DNA of 63,639 nucleotides, counting the filler, from Octopus bimaculoides (taxonomy: Eukaryota): NCBI RefSeq assembly GCF_001194135.2. It is 5 parts of 5 records of this genome, joined end to end, with 100 filler letters (N's around TTAATTAATTAA, not from the genome) between each part and the next. Parts side by side here need not be neighbours in the genome. Positions count along the whole stretch, not along the records: positions 49,415 to 62,510 come from NC_069005.1; positions 62,611 to 63,639 come from NC_068996.1; 3 more parts are not named here. One strand, written 5' to 3'. How positions within the stretch are numbered: position 1 is the first letter of the stretch; each line of letters starts with the position of its first letter. Positions 53,258 through 63,639 of this stretch are shown here, piece after piece. The notes below the pieces were generated by a model, which was not told the DNA's origin, made no database searches, and worked only from the letters and a program-made list of their open reading frames with translations. A program made the translations under genes and the position numbers.

Positions 53258-54322
53258 TTACCACCACCACTGCTGCTACTACTACTACCAGCAGTACCAC
53301 CACCACCACCACCACTGCTGCTACTACTACTACTAGCATGACCACCATCACCACTACTGCCACTACCACTACTACTACTATTACTACTACCACCACCACC
53401 ACCACCACCACCACCACCACTACTACTAGATTCAGTCTGATCCCTCCTTGGGGCCCTGTTTCCTTCTTTCCCCCCAAAANNNNNNNNNNNNNNNNNNNNN
53501 NNNNNNNNNNNNNNNNNNNNNNNNNNNNNNNNNNNNNNNNNNNNNNNNNNNNNNNNNNNNNNNNNNNNNNNNNNNNNNNNNNNNNNNNNNNNNNNNNNNN
53601 NNNNNNNNNNNNNNNNNNNNNNNNNNNNNNNNNNNNNNNNNNNNNNNNNNNNNNNNNNNNNNNNNNNNNNNNNNNNNNNNNNNNNNNNNNNNNNNNNNNN
53701 NNNNNNNNNNNNNNNNNNNNNNNNNNNNNNNNNNNNNNNNNNNNNNNNNNNNNNNNNNNNNNNNNNNNNNNNNNNNNNNNNNNNNNNNNNNNNNNNNNNN
53801 NNNNNNNNNNNNNNNNNNNNNNNNNNNNNNNNNNNNNNNNNNNNNNNNNNNNNNNNNNNNNNNNNNNNNNNNNNNNNNNNNNNNNNNNNNNNNNNNNNNN
53901 NNNNNNNNNNNNNNNNNNNNNNNNNNNNNNNNNNNNNNNNNNNNNNNNNNNNNNNNNNNNNNNNNNNNNNNNNNNNNNNNNNNNNNNNNNNNNNNNNNNN
54001 NNNNNNNNNNNNNNNNNNNNNNNNNNNNNNNNNNNNNNNNNNNNNNNNNNNNNNNNNNNNNNNNNNNNNNNNNNNNNNNNNNNNNNNNNNNNNNNNNNNN
54101 NNNNNNNNNNNNNNNNNNNNNNNNNNNNNNNNNNNNNNNNNNNNNNNNNNNNNNNNNNNNNNNNNNNNNNNNNNNNNNNNNNNNNNNNNNNNNNNNNNNN
54201 NNNNNNNNNNNNNNNNNNNNNNNNNNNNNNNNNNNNNNNNNNNNNNNNNNNNNNNNNNNNNNNNNNNNNNNNNNNNNNNNNNNNNNNNNNNNNNNNNNNN
54301 NNNNNNNNNNNNNNNNNNNNNT

Positions 54323-54444
54323 ATTCTTTGCAAGCCTACTACGTATTCTATTGGTCTCTTGGCCGAACCGCTAAGTTACAGGGGACGTAAACACACCAGC
54401 ATCGGTTGTCAAGCGATGTTGGGGGAACAAACACAGACACACAA

Positions 54445-54450
<6 letters not shown>
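54323..54450 (-). mobile_element. SINE family A fragment
   Basis: tattctttgcaagcct...ccgctaagttac...catcggttgtcaagcgatg. Confidence 0.8.
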
Positions 54451-54501
<51 letters not shown>

Positions 54502-55131
54502 AATGTTATAGCTATGGGGACTTACATTCAGGACTTTAAGTTTCACTTCCAACAATTTCGATGATCATTGCATATCTTCAGCTGTTGGAAGCCTGGTGTG
54601 TGTGGCAACATATATAACAAAAGCACACACATAAAAACATCATTGAATATAGGATTCAATACATGTGTAGAATCTAATATTTATCATAATGTTATCGACT
54701 GGCAAATTCAATGTGTTATCTCTAGTGAAATATTGGAAGTTACAGTCAATAAACTTTCATTTTCCATCAAATTATTCTGCTACAGCTGGTTTGGATGTAA
54801 CACTGAAACCATGGGACAAAACAGAAGACATAAATGTGGCACAGTATATCAACTAACATACTTTTCTTTGTTCCTAGTTATGGGTCTCTAGGATAGGAGT
54901 TCAAATCACACTGGGGCTAAAATTTTTAGACAACCTTTCAGACATGCACAAAACACAACCAAAAGTCATTTCTTAATTCTTTTCATATCAACCTGCCTGA
55001 GAGTGTCTTTAGATCTATGATACAAACTTCCGACCACCATATATATATGTATATATATATATATGTATATATATATTATATATATGGCAAGTAAAAGACG
55101 GAAGATGGAATATATGAGAATATATTGTTAA

Positions 55132-55235
55132 TCACGACAATTGTTTTGACACATTTTGCATCGATTCCTCTTGGGTGGGACACCCAACAACTGGTTCAGA
55201 AGCATCCAGCAGTGCAGGTGCATGTCGTCAGGTGA
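55132..55235 (-). ncRNA. Degenerate type I hammerhead (G12>A)
   Basis: Minus strand UCAC-CUGACGA-...-C[A]AAAC AAUU GUC-GUGA; stem I UCAC/GUGA, palindromic ACAAUUGU, inner hairpin UUGGGUG/CACCCAA. The GAAA core reads AAAA, consistent with CpG decay; stem II base is imperfect. Confidence 0.5.
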
Positions 55236-55324
55236 GAGATAGACAGAGCTCGTTAAAATAACAGTTTGTCACACTCAAATGACAAACAAATAAAATATAT
55301 ATGTGTGTGCATGTGCGTGTATAA

Positions 55325-55466
55325 ATACGGGCTTCTTTCAGTTTCCGTTTACCAAATCCACTCAGGCTACAGTAGAAGACACTTGCCCAAGGTGCCATGC
55401 AGTCGGACTGAACCTGGAACCATGTGGTTGGGAAGCAAGCTTCTTACCACACAGCCACGCCTGTAG
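55325..55466 (-). mobile_element. SINE family A 5' half (head-only copies also at 58553-58610 and 62697-62778)
   Basis: gggcttctttcagtttccg...acttgcccaaggtgcc...ttaccacacagccacgcct. Confidence 0.8.
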
Positions 55467-55704
55467 CATTACAGGTTTCGGTAAATTGGTAGACACCAAG
55501 AAACAATCCTGTGTCTCTGCTGATGTGATGATGTGGTGTTTTTGGTATGTAGTGTGTGTGTGTATAATTAGTTGAATGTTGTCATTTAAGGGTGTGTCAC
55601 TAATTAACCAATCATTAATTTGTCTCTACCACCTTCTTTCTCCAGCTCCCCCCCCATCACCACCTTCACAATTTCATTTCTCTCTAATTATCTTCTGTAC
55701 CAGC

Positions 55705-55735
<31 letters not shown>

Positions 55736-56171
55736 GTGTCTCTACCTCTGTTCTAACTCTCTCTTTGCATTTAATCTTTCACAATCCAACCTCTTTCTCC
55801 TCCTCTCTCTCTCTCTCTCTCTCAAACACACACACACACGCACACACATACACACCAAACACACAGTTGCCTCTTTTTATTCTCATTGTCTTTCTCTCTG
55901 TCTCTCCCTCCTTCTCTTACATCACAAACCATCATAACTATGACTACAATAGGCCTATTGTCCCAACAAACCACCACCACCACCACCACCACCATTACTA
56001 CAACAACAATGGAACCAGAATGAAGGTCTGAGATTTAGATGACATGCCTCCCCCACCCCCATCCATCTTTTACCTTTACACTTTCACCATGCCAACCAGA
56101 CAATCTCTATGTAGTCACTTAGTCTGCTAGAAATAGTAGCCAAATTTCCCTAACATCTCAGATACACACAA

Positions 56172-56206
<35 letters not shown>

Positions 56207-56517
56207 CACACATCGCAGTCTTCCTCACAGTTCCCACCAACCAAATTCTTCTCACAACATGAGTCCTATGACGACATGAGTCAACACGAGTCCTATGACG
56301 ACACAAGACTCTCAGCCAAAACGCTGTGCTGTGAAATGTCCAGTATAGTTCCCGAGCAAAGTGATATTTCTCCGTAGCCAGCCATGTTTTCAAGGAAGAT
56401 TGGAAACAAGTGACACTACTTATATAACAGTGGCACTTGTTTACAATTATCAAGAAGTGTCAAAACAGGGAAGCATAAACACAAACATACATACAAATGT
56501 GTTTGTGTGTGTATATA

Positions 56518-56555
<38 letters not shown>

Positions 56556-56596
56556 AAGTAATTCAGATTCAGTTGCATTAGGTACTTAAAATGAGG

Positions 56597-57116
56597 CACC
56601 TCGTTAGGTGAATCTAATTTGCACACCCAAACAATATCAGGTGAATATCAAACTCTTGCAGAAGTATTTGCACTCGATATTCTTGCAGTGTGTGTGCAGA
56701 TAATACGTCCCCAACTTAGTGAAGGGATTCGCTCTTGGTTATTCAGACATGTCCCCTACATAAAAATACAAAATTACTTTTTGATAAAATTTCCAAAGTG
56801 CAGATTCCAGGGGCAGGTGAATAAAATATCAATGAGTAACGAAGATGTTCAGGTGACAATTCTTTGCGGTTGTTTCAAGCGACACCTTTGATTGAATAAT
56901 GAAAACATTACATCATTGCAAAGAAACCGTATTCGTCAGGTGACAGCATAGACTTCAAACACAAAGGACAAAGCAACCGCTTTAACATATTCGTATCACT
57001 AACGTAGCTCAGATATTTACTTTGATTCTGCTGCTATATCTTTGGTAGAATGATGTAACGTTTTCATTAATCAATCAAAGAAGTCACTCGAAACAGCCAT
57101 AGTGAACCGACACCTG
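56597..57116. promoter_or_regulatory. Candidate enhancer: homotypic CAGGTG/AGGTG cluster
   Basis: CAGGTG at 56638, 56814, 56850, 56937 and CACCTG at 57111; AGGTG/CACCT also at 56597, 56606, 56883; unique, repeat-free sequence. Confidence 0.35.
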
Positions 57117-57132
57117 TACATCTTTGTCACTC

Positions 57133-57171
<39 letters not shown>

Positions 57172-57215
57172 AATTTAAGGAATGGAGAAAATGCATGTTA
57201 TAATTGCATACTTTA

Positions 57216-57299
57216 TTCCTACATATGTTTCAAAGGATTACAACCTGTGTGATCCATAGGGATCTTTGATATTAAAATTGTAACCTTCTCATCAGGGAA
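57216..57299 (-). ncRNA. Type I hammerhead ribozyme, canonical core, large loop II
   Basis: Minus strand reads UUCC-CUGAUGA-GAAGG UUACAA...GAUCC CUAU GGAUC...UUGUAA U CCUUU-GAAAC AUAU GUA-GGAA: 4-bp stem I, about 11-bp stem II, palindromic ACAUAUGU stem III, GUA site. Confidence 0.75.
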
Positions 57300-57741
57300 A
57301 GCATGGGAATCATCTTAAACGTAAGACATTATGACCGATTATGAAAACATATTTATATATATGTATATACATACATATATANNNNNNNNNNNNNNNNNNN
57401 NNNNNNNNNNNNNNNNNNNNNNNNNNNNNNNNNNNNNNNNNNNNNNNNNNNNNNNNNNNNNNNNNNNNNNNNNNNNNNNNNNNNNNNNNNNNNNNNNNNN
57501 NNNNNNNNNNNNNNNNNNNNNNNNNNNNNNNNNNNNNNNNNNNNNNNNNNNNNNNNNNNNNNNNNNNNNNNNNNNNNNNNNNNNNNNNNNNNNNNNNNNN
57601 NNNNNNNNNNNNNNNNNNNNNNNNNNNNNNNNNNNNNNNNNNNNNNNNNNNNNNNNNNNNNNNNNNNNNNNNNNNNNNNNNNNNNNNNNNNNNNNNNNNN
57701 NNNNNNNNNNNNNNNNNNNNNNNNNNNNNNNNNNNNNNNNN

Positions 57742-57775
<34 letters not shown>

Positions 57776-59624
57776 CCATACATGCATATATATGTAACTG
57801 TTTTCTGATTAACATAACACAACATTCCTGATGATTTGGGTAAACATAGTTTTTGAATCTAATTCAAATTTATTACGTATCATAATAATGCAATTATACA
57901 TTTGCTGGTGTTTATCTTCATGAAACAGCTGTTGAACACAAAGTATGAACTATGTGTCAAATTTATGTTTTTTTCTGCAAAATATATATCTGTTTGTATA
58001 TATCTATATTTTATTCTTATAAATACTTATTTATATAGGGTTTCATCATATGCCTACCTATATGCCCACATATATATGCACAAAATTATCTAAATCTGTA
58101 TTTCTGAGAATGGTTTTTACCCTTTAAATATTATACTCCAGTTTTTACATACTTTTTAATGCTTTTTTTTTGTCATCAGTGATCTTTACCATATATATAA
58201 ATGCTTTCCCAAATAAAATTTGACTTCTTTTCTGAAGCTCTGATGAAGCTATTAGGCAATACACAAGCACCCAGCTATGAGTATATGGTATCTTATAGCA
58301 GAAACAACTGTAAGCTAATGTAGTTCCTTACATGATTTCTTGTTCCCCTGTTAGTAACTTACATTCTTATCATGTTCTGTACATAATGCTTTTTTTCTGA
58401 AGCATATGTATATTGTGTACATATTTATTAGTATCACTATACCTAAACAAAATAAAAACTGCTTTACATCAAATTGGAGGACTACTCAATACATCTGGTA
58501 GAGTATATAAATTTATTATTCTTTAACAGTAACAGTGACTTCGAAGTCTCAGCCAGCTAAGCCATGTGGTTGGAAAGCAAGCTTCTTACCACACAACCAC
58601 GCCTGCGCCTACACACACACACACATATATGTATATAAAAATGGATCTTAGAATTTCTGATCAAGAGGTTGAAAAAGTCTGTATATGGTTGAGTACCCCA
58701 CAGACTCGTGTGTCCTTAATATCATTCTCAGGTGGAACTTGTGAGACAGTGTGACAAAGTTGGACATTAGAATTAAAAAATTTAATGCATCTGGCAGGCT
58801 TCCATACAGTTTCCTATCATGAAAGCTACCCCAGAATTAACAACTTCTTCACATCATACCATATTAGGTCAAAACTTGAAAGAAGGACACATTAGATAAT
58901 GTAATCTAGGTACACTGTGCCTCCAGTCGTAACTGGAGTGTTTTATTTTTTTATCAGAAGTGTTCTTAATCAGGGCTCAACAACGAGCACTGTCTATCTT
59001 GGACTACGTTACTTAGTATAGCTTCCCTAGAAGAAGGGTAGGGAATTATCTGAGGGGGATCTGGCTGTTATTTCAAGCTGATCAAGCAATTATGTAGAGA
59101 CTGCCACTGGCTTCTATTGTCGTCGTCGTAGCTGTTGTTTTTAGCCCCAGGTGAGCCAGCAAGACTTCGCGTACATAGGCGTTTCATCGGTGACTATCCC
59201 GTCCGATCTTTTATTCAAACTTAATGCATCTACAAATATATTAACCCCTCCCATTTTTTAATGACGGTAAAGGGGGTTTTCGCTGATGGGGGATTTGACT
59301 GCTCTTTCTAGCGGTGAATGGCCAGCAACAACAACAATAGTTTCTCTATTACAGGACCATCCGACCAACCGTCCGACCGACCAGTCAGTTATTCGTCCCT
59401 CCCTCCCTCCATCACCGAACGGAAACCACACGCACCCACACACATATATACATACATACATACAAACACACATACACCACGTAACGTGTATGGACATGCT
59501 ATGAAAAGGGAGGAGGAGGAAGGGAAAGGAGCAGTGGTGGGAGGAAGGACAACTATTTATAATATCAACACACCCACCCTGCCCTACCCCCAAATACCCC
59601 TGAGAGAACCTGTACTTCGTGTCG

Positions 59625-59950
59625 AGGGACTTGCTAGAAATAGCAGTCGAACCTCCCTCAAAACCACACACGACCGTCTTGAATGAATGCGGACACATTA
59701 GGTTAATGTAGATAGGTGGTTCTTAGAGACCCGGGGAAAAAGCTGTATCTACCATGGTGGAATAGTTTTGATCAGAGCTAAACTGCAGGCCTCTACATAG
59801 TTCTTTTGGCCAGCTAAAAACAACAGTCAAATCTCCCTTCCACGTCGCTTTTAAGACCGGCATATTACACAGAATATGACCTTGGGTTCTCAGGACATAG
59901 AAGTGGTCGTTGCCAGGATGTCTCTGATTACACGATGACACGATCCGATA
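59625..59950 (+). repeat. Interspersed repeat family D (core gctagaaatagcagccaaatctccctcaaatcac), tandem pair
   Basis: The core recurs near 12250, 12465, 38250, 51505(-), 52640, 52990, 56125, 59060(-), 59630, 59810, 60420, 62135(-) and 63188. Confidence 0.6.
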
Positions 59951-61163
59951 TTACGTGGACTTAATTAACGCACGCATATGCATGCATATATACATATATA
60001 TATATATATGTATATATGTCTCTATGTATGCATACATATATGGGTATATGTATGTATGTTCTGAGATCAAATCTTGCCGGTCACCTGAATATTTCCTTCA
60101 AAGGTTCGATAACAAAAAAAAGTACCAGTCAAGTACGAAGGTTCGATTCCTAAGGTTTAATCACATTGTATAGTAATCCGAGTGTTCCCACAAATCTAGA
60201 GGATTCCACCACTAATCTATCATTTAACAACTATGGTAGCATATGTAAGAAATTCCAGACCCACGGGGACCGATAATATTGGTAAAACGACCGTAAGTCC
60301 TTCGTACATGGCATCTCAGATGAAGATGTAAATGGAATTAGATGAGAATCAGAACACGTTTTTGACAACTCGCTGTAATGTCTGCCAAACTAACCAGAGA
60401 CCAGGGAAGATCTGTCTGCTGGAAATATCAGTCAATTCTCCCTCAAATAACATACATATGTTAAATAAAAGATATGGTTGCGTAACGCAGTCACTGATTA
60501 TGTAATATATACAAAACCACACACACATGTCTCAGCACACCCACACAGCATATATATATGTGTGTGTGTGTATATATACGTATATGAGCATATATATATA
60601 TATATATATACATGCACATATATAGTTGCGCATAAACATGTATTGGTGTGTAAAGATGTGATGGTTATGGTTGGAACGCTTTTGAACAGCACTGACCTTG
60701 GGTCAAACGTCAAACACACACACAATCACACACTATTCCTACAGAGAAGCTTGGTCATTCACACTTTAGTGAAGATAGCAGCAGATACACACACACACAC
60801 ACTCTTCCTTTCTTTCTCTCTCTCTCTCTAACACACACACACACATGCATATAGATGTGTGTGTGTGTGTGTGTGTAAGGCGACACGTTCATCCGCGCGC
60901 GTACACATGCATACACATACAAGGAGACTGAGGGGCACAGGTTCATCACATACACACACACACACAGACATGTATGAGTGATACGTAACATGACATAGTT
61001 ACGCGCACACGCACACCTATCTATCTATCTATCTATCTATCCGTCTGTCTGGCTGTCTATCCATCTATCTATCTATCTATGTCTCTCTCTCTCTCTATCT
61101 ATCTATCTATGTCTGTCTGTATGTACGTATGTGTGTGTGCGTGACGCATTCAAACATGAATAT

Positions 61164-61235
<72 letters not shown>

Positions 61236-62230
61236 CGCAGTCATACACGTTAATATAGCATACATATGCACACACGTATCTATAAACATAATAGAACACA
61301 CACACACACACATGCAAACACGCATATACAAACACCATACATACAGACGCACGCATACACACACACAAACACCTTATTGCACGCATATACAAATACCATA
61401 TTATACACACACACACGCATACACAAATACCACATTACACACACACACACATCCGTGAAGGCGACACATGCAAAGTGAGAGTCAGTATTTTCAAACCTCA
61501 GATCTATAAAGGGTAATGACCTCAACAGGGGTAGGGGTAGCAGTAGTGACAACTGAGGTAGTGGCAGTAGCTGTAGTAGTAGCAGTGATGGCAGTGGTGG
61601 CAGTCGTGGTAGCAGTGGTGGTGGTGGCAGTAGTAGTAAACAGTGGTGGTGGTAGTCGTAGTAGCAGTGGTAACAACATTGGTGGTGGTGGTGGTGGTTG
61701 CGGTGGTAATAGTAATACGGGATAGTCCTGAGCTTGCAGATATGTAATATATAATCAAAAGCGTTCTAACCGTGGCCATCTCTGTTTTCCCCTCATCAGA
61801 CATACTTTATTTAAAGCTAAATTTATCCATTTATTTGTTTATTTGATGCTTCAGATGACAAGATGTGATCTGAGGAAAGTTTAACTGCTGTTTCTAGCAG
61901 GCCACAGAGGTTGGTTCCGTTATTGCGTATGGATTGTAAATGGTGGACGTGGATGTGATGATGCAGGTGTAGACGACGAGGTGGTAGTTTGATGAAGTTG
62001 TTGTTGTTGTTGTTTTAGGCCCCCAGATTAGCGACGCCATACCATACGTGACCATCCCACCTATATATTTCATCATCATCATCATCATAGCTACGAAGAC
62101 AATTACTTCAAGGCAGCTCGCTGTGATTTCAGAGAAGTTTGGCTGCTATTTCTAACAGGTTCAGCGACCACGTAAAACAGGAATGAAGGGAGGGGGGGCA
62201 TTTTAGTTTTCGTTTTCTTTTGCCTTGGTT

Positions 62231-62264
<34 letters not shown>

Positions 62265-62610
62265 AAGAGAAAGAAAGAGAGAGAGAGAGAGAAAGAAAGA
62301 AAGAGAGAGAGGTAGGTGTCTGGCAGTATGTTTGAATAAATGATAGGATGTGTATGTGTGTGGTATAATGTGTGTGTGTGTGTGTGTGTGTGTTGTGTGT
62401 GCGCTGTGCTATGTGATGTGATGTGCGCGCGCGCTGTGTCTGTTGAGCAGAATTTTTCGAGGTGGATTTCGGCGAAAAAAATCTGGGTTTCCGTGAAAAA
62501 AATAATAAAANNNNNNNNNNNNNNNNNNNNNNNNNNNNNNNNNNNNNNNNNNNNTTAATTAATTAANNNNNNNNNNNNNNNNNNNNNNNNNNNNNNNNNN
62601 NNNNNNNNNN

Positions 62611-62695
62611 TACCCTCCAGCCTTCATCAGGTGTCTTGGGAAAATTTCGAACCTGGGTTCTCATTCCTAAGGTATTTTTCGATGTTATTATTATT
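62611..62695 (-). mobile_element. Penelope-like short repeat with 5' half of a hammerhead, truncated by scaffold join
   Basis: Minus strand ...CCCAAGACAC-CUGAUGA-AGGCUG-GAGGGUA then N. The GAAA half is not visible. Confidence 0.4.
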
Positions 62696-62869
62696 TATTG
62701 CCCAAGGTGCCACACAGTGGGACTGAACCCAGAACCATGTGGTTGGTAAGCAAGCTACTTAACACACAGCCACTCCTGGTGAGCACATGAGTGCAAAACA
62801 AGGTGGGAAAAGTAGTACTTGAATACCAAAAGTTGATTAATATATTTTTATTAAAGCTGCAAAATAATC

Positions 62870-62906
<37 letters not shown>

Positions 62907-63112
62907 TTGATTAAGCATAGCAATACTAATAACCTGATGTTAGAACTCAATATAGACATACTTCGAAACAAAATGTCGGTTGAGTACACAGCAGTAAAAG
63001 GAAATTAAAATTAAAAGGGAATAAGAAATTATGACAGGAACATCATTAGCTTACATTAGCTAACGAAGTTCATGACATAATTTCTTATTCCTTTATCATT
63101 TTAATTTCTTAC

Positions 63113-63143
<31 letters not shown>

Positions 63144-63639
63144 GATGTCACTAAAGTGACAAAGGGCGTTAATCAGCAGCAGTATTGCTAGAAATAACAG
63201 TCAAAACAATTGAATAGCTAATAAAAGAATTACCTTAATAAGTTACCCATATTATTTATAATTTTCACTTTTACCGTTTATGCTCCCTTTCGAGTGGACG
63301 TCTTATGTCTAGTTCTGGAAATTATATTTTATAAATCGACAGACTACGCTGATGATCCTGCAGATATTTACTTATGTAAATTTTAACAGGTGAAACCATG
63401 GTACGTAGGTTAATTGTTTTTTTTATTTAGTATTTTTTCATTTGTCTTGCCCTTTTACAGTCTGTTGTGTCGCTAAATTTTTACTGAGAACATATTTTTC
63501 GTGGTTAGATGATTCAACATCTATTTCTAGCATATAGGAGTCCACTTTTGCTGGTCATTCCTCTTATTTTTGTATGTAATATAATTTTAATCTTCGGATT
63601 TTTTTAATATGCTAGACCACTGGTTTTAATTGATTAATA

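Noticed and set aside
60259-60298. GTAAGT donor at 60293 with upstream open frame
   Set aside because: No adequate acceptor or homology.

Overview
Eukaryotic, AT-rich, repeat-saturated intergenic or intronic DNA from a gapped draft assembly (about 7 kb, roughly 11%, is N). The SINE families and extreme microsatellite load resemble an octopod cephalopod (Octopus-like); this is inference, not a database result. Four 100-bp spacers (44N-TTAATTAATTAA-44N) split the window into five joined scaffolds, so adjacency across them is uncertain. I find no intact protein-coding gene, rRNA, tRNA or CRISPR. Nearly all ORFs in the supplied track are translations of microsatellites, SINEs or gaps. Supported content: more than 30 copies or fragments of at least four SINE or retroelement-end families; relics of DNA transposons (maT DD37D, mariner, Tigger/pogo, probable Chapaev3-like, Helitron-like); LINE relics (RTE, CR1/L2/Jockey-type, R4/Dong-type); and the 5' part of a Penelope-like element. 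The most notable signal is seven type I hammerhead ribozyme or hammerhead-like motifs from about six unrelated short elements. One has a perfect catalytic core and sits at the apex of a 302-bp foldback element with 59-bp terminal inverted repeats that should fold into a long rod. There is also a CAGGTG/AGGTGA motif cluster (candidate enhancer) and three weak candidate micro-exons.
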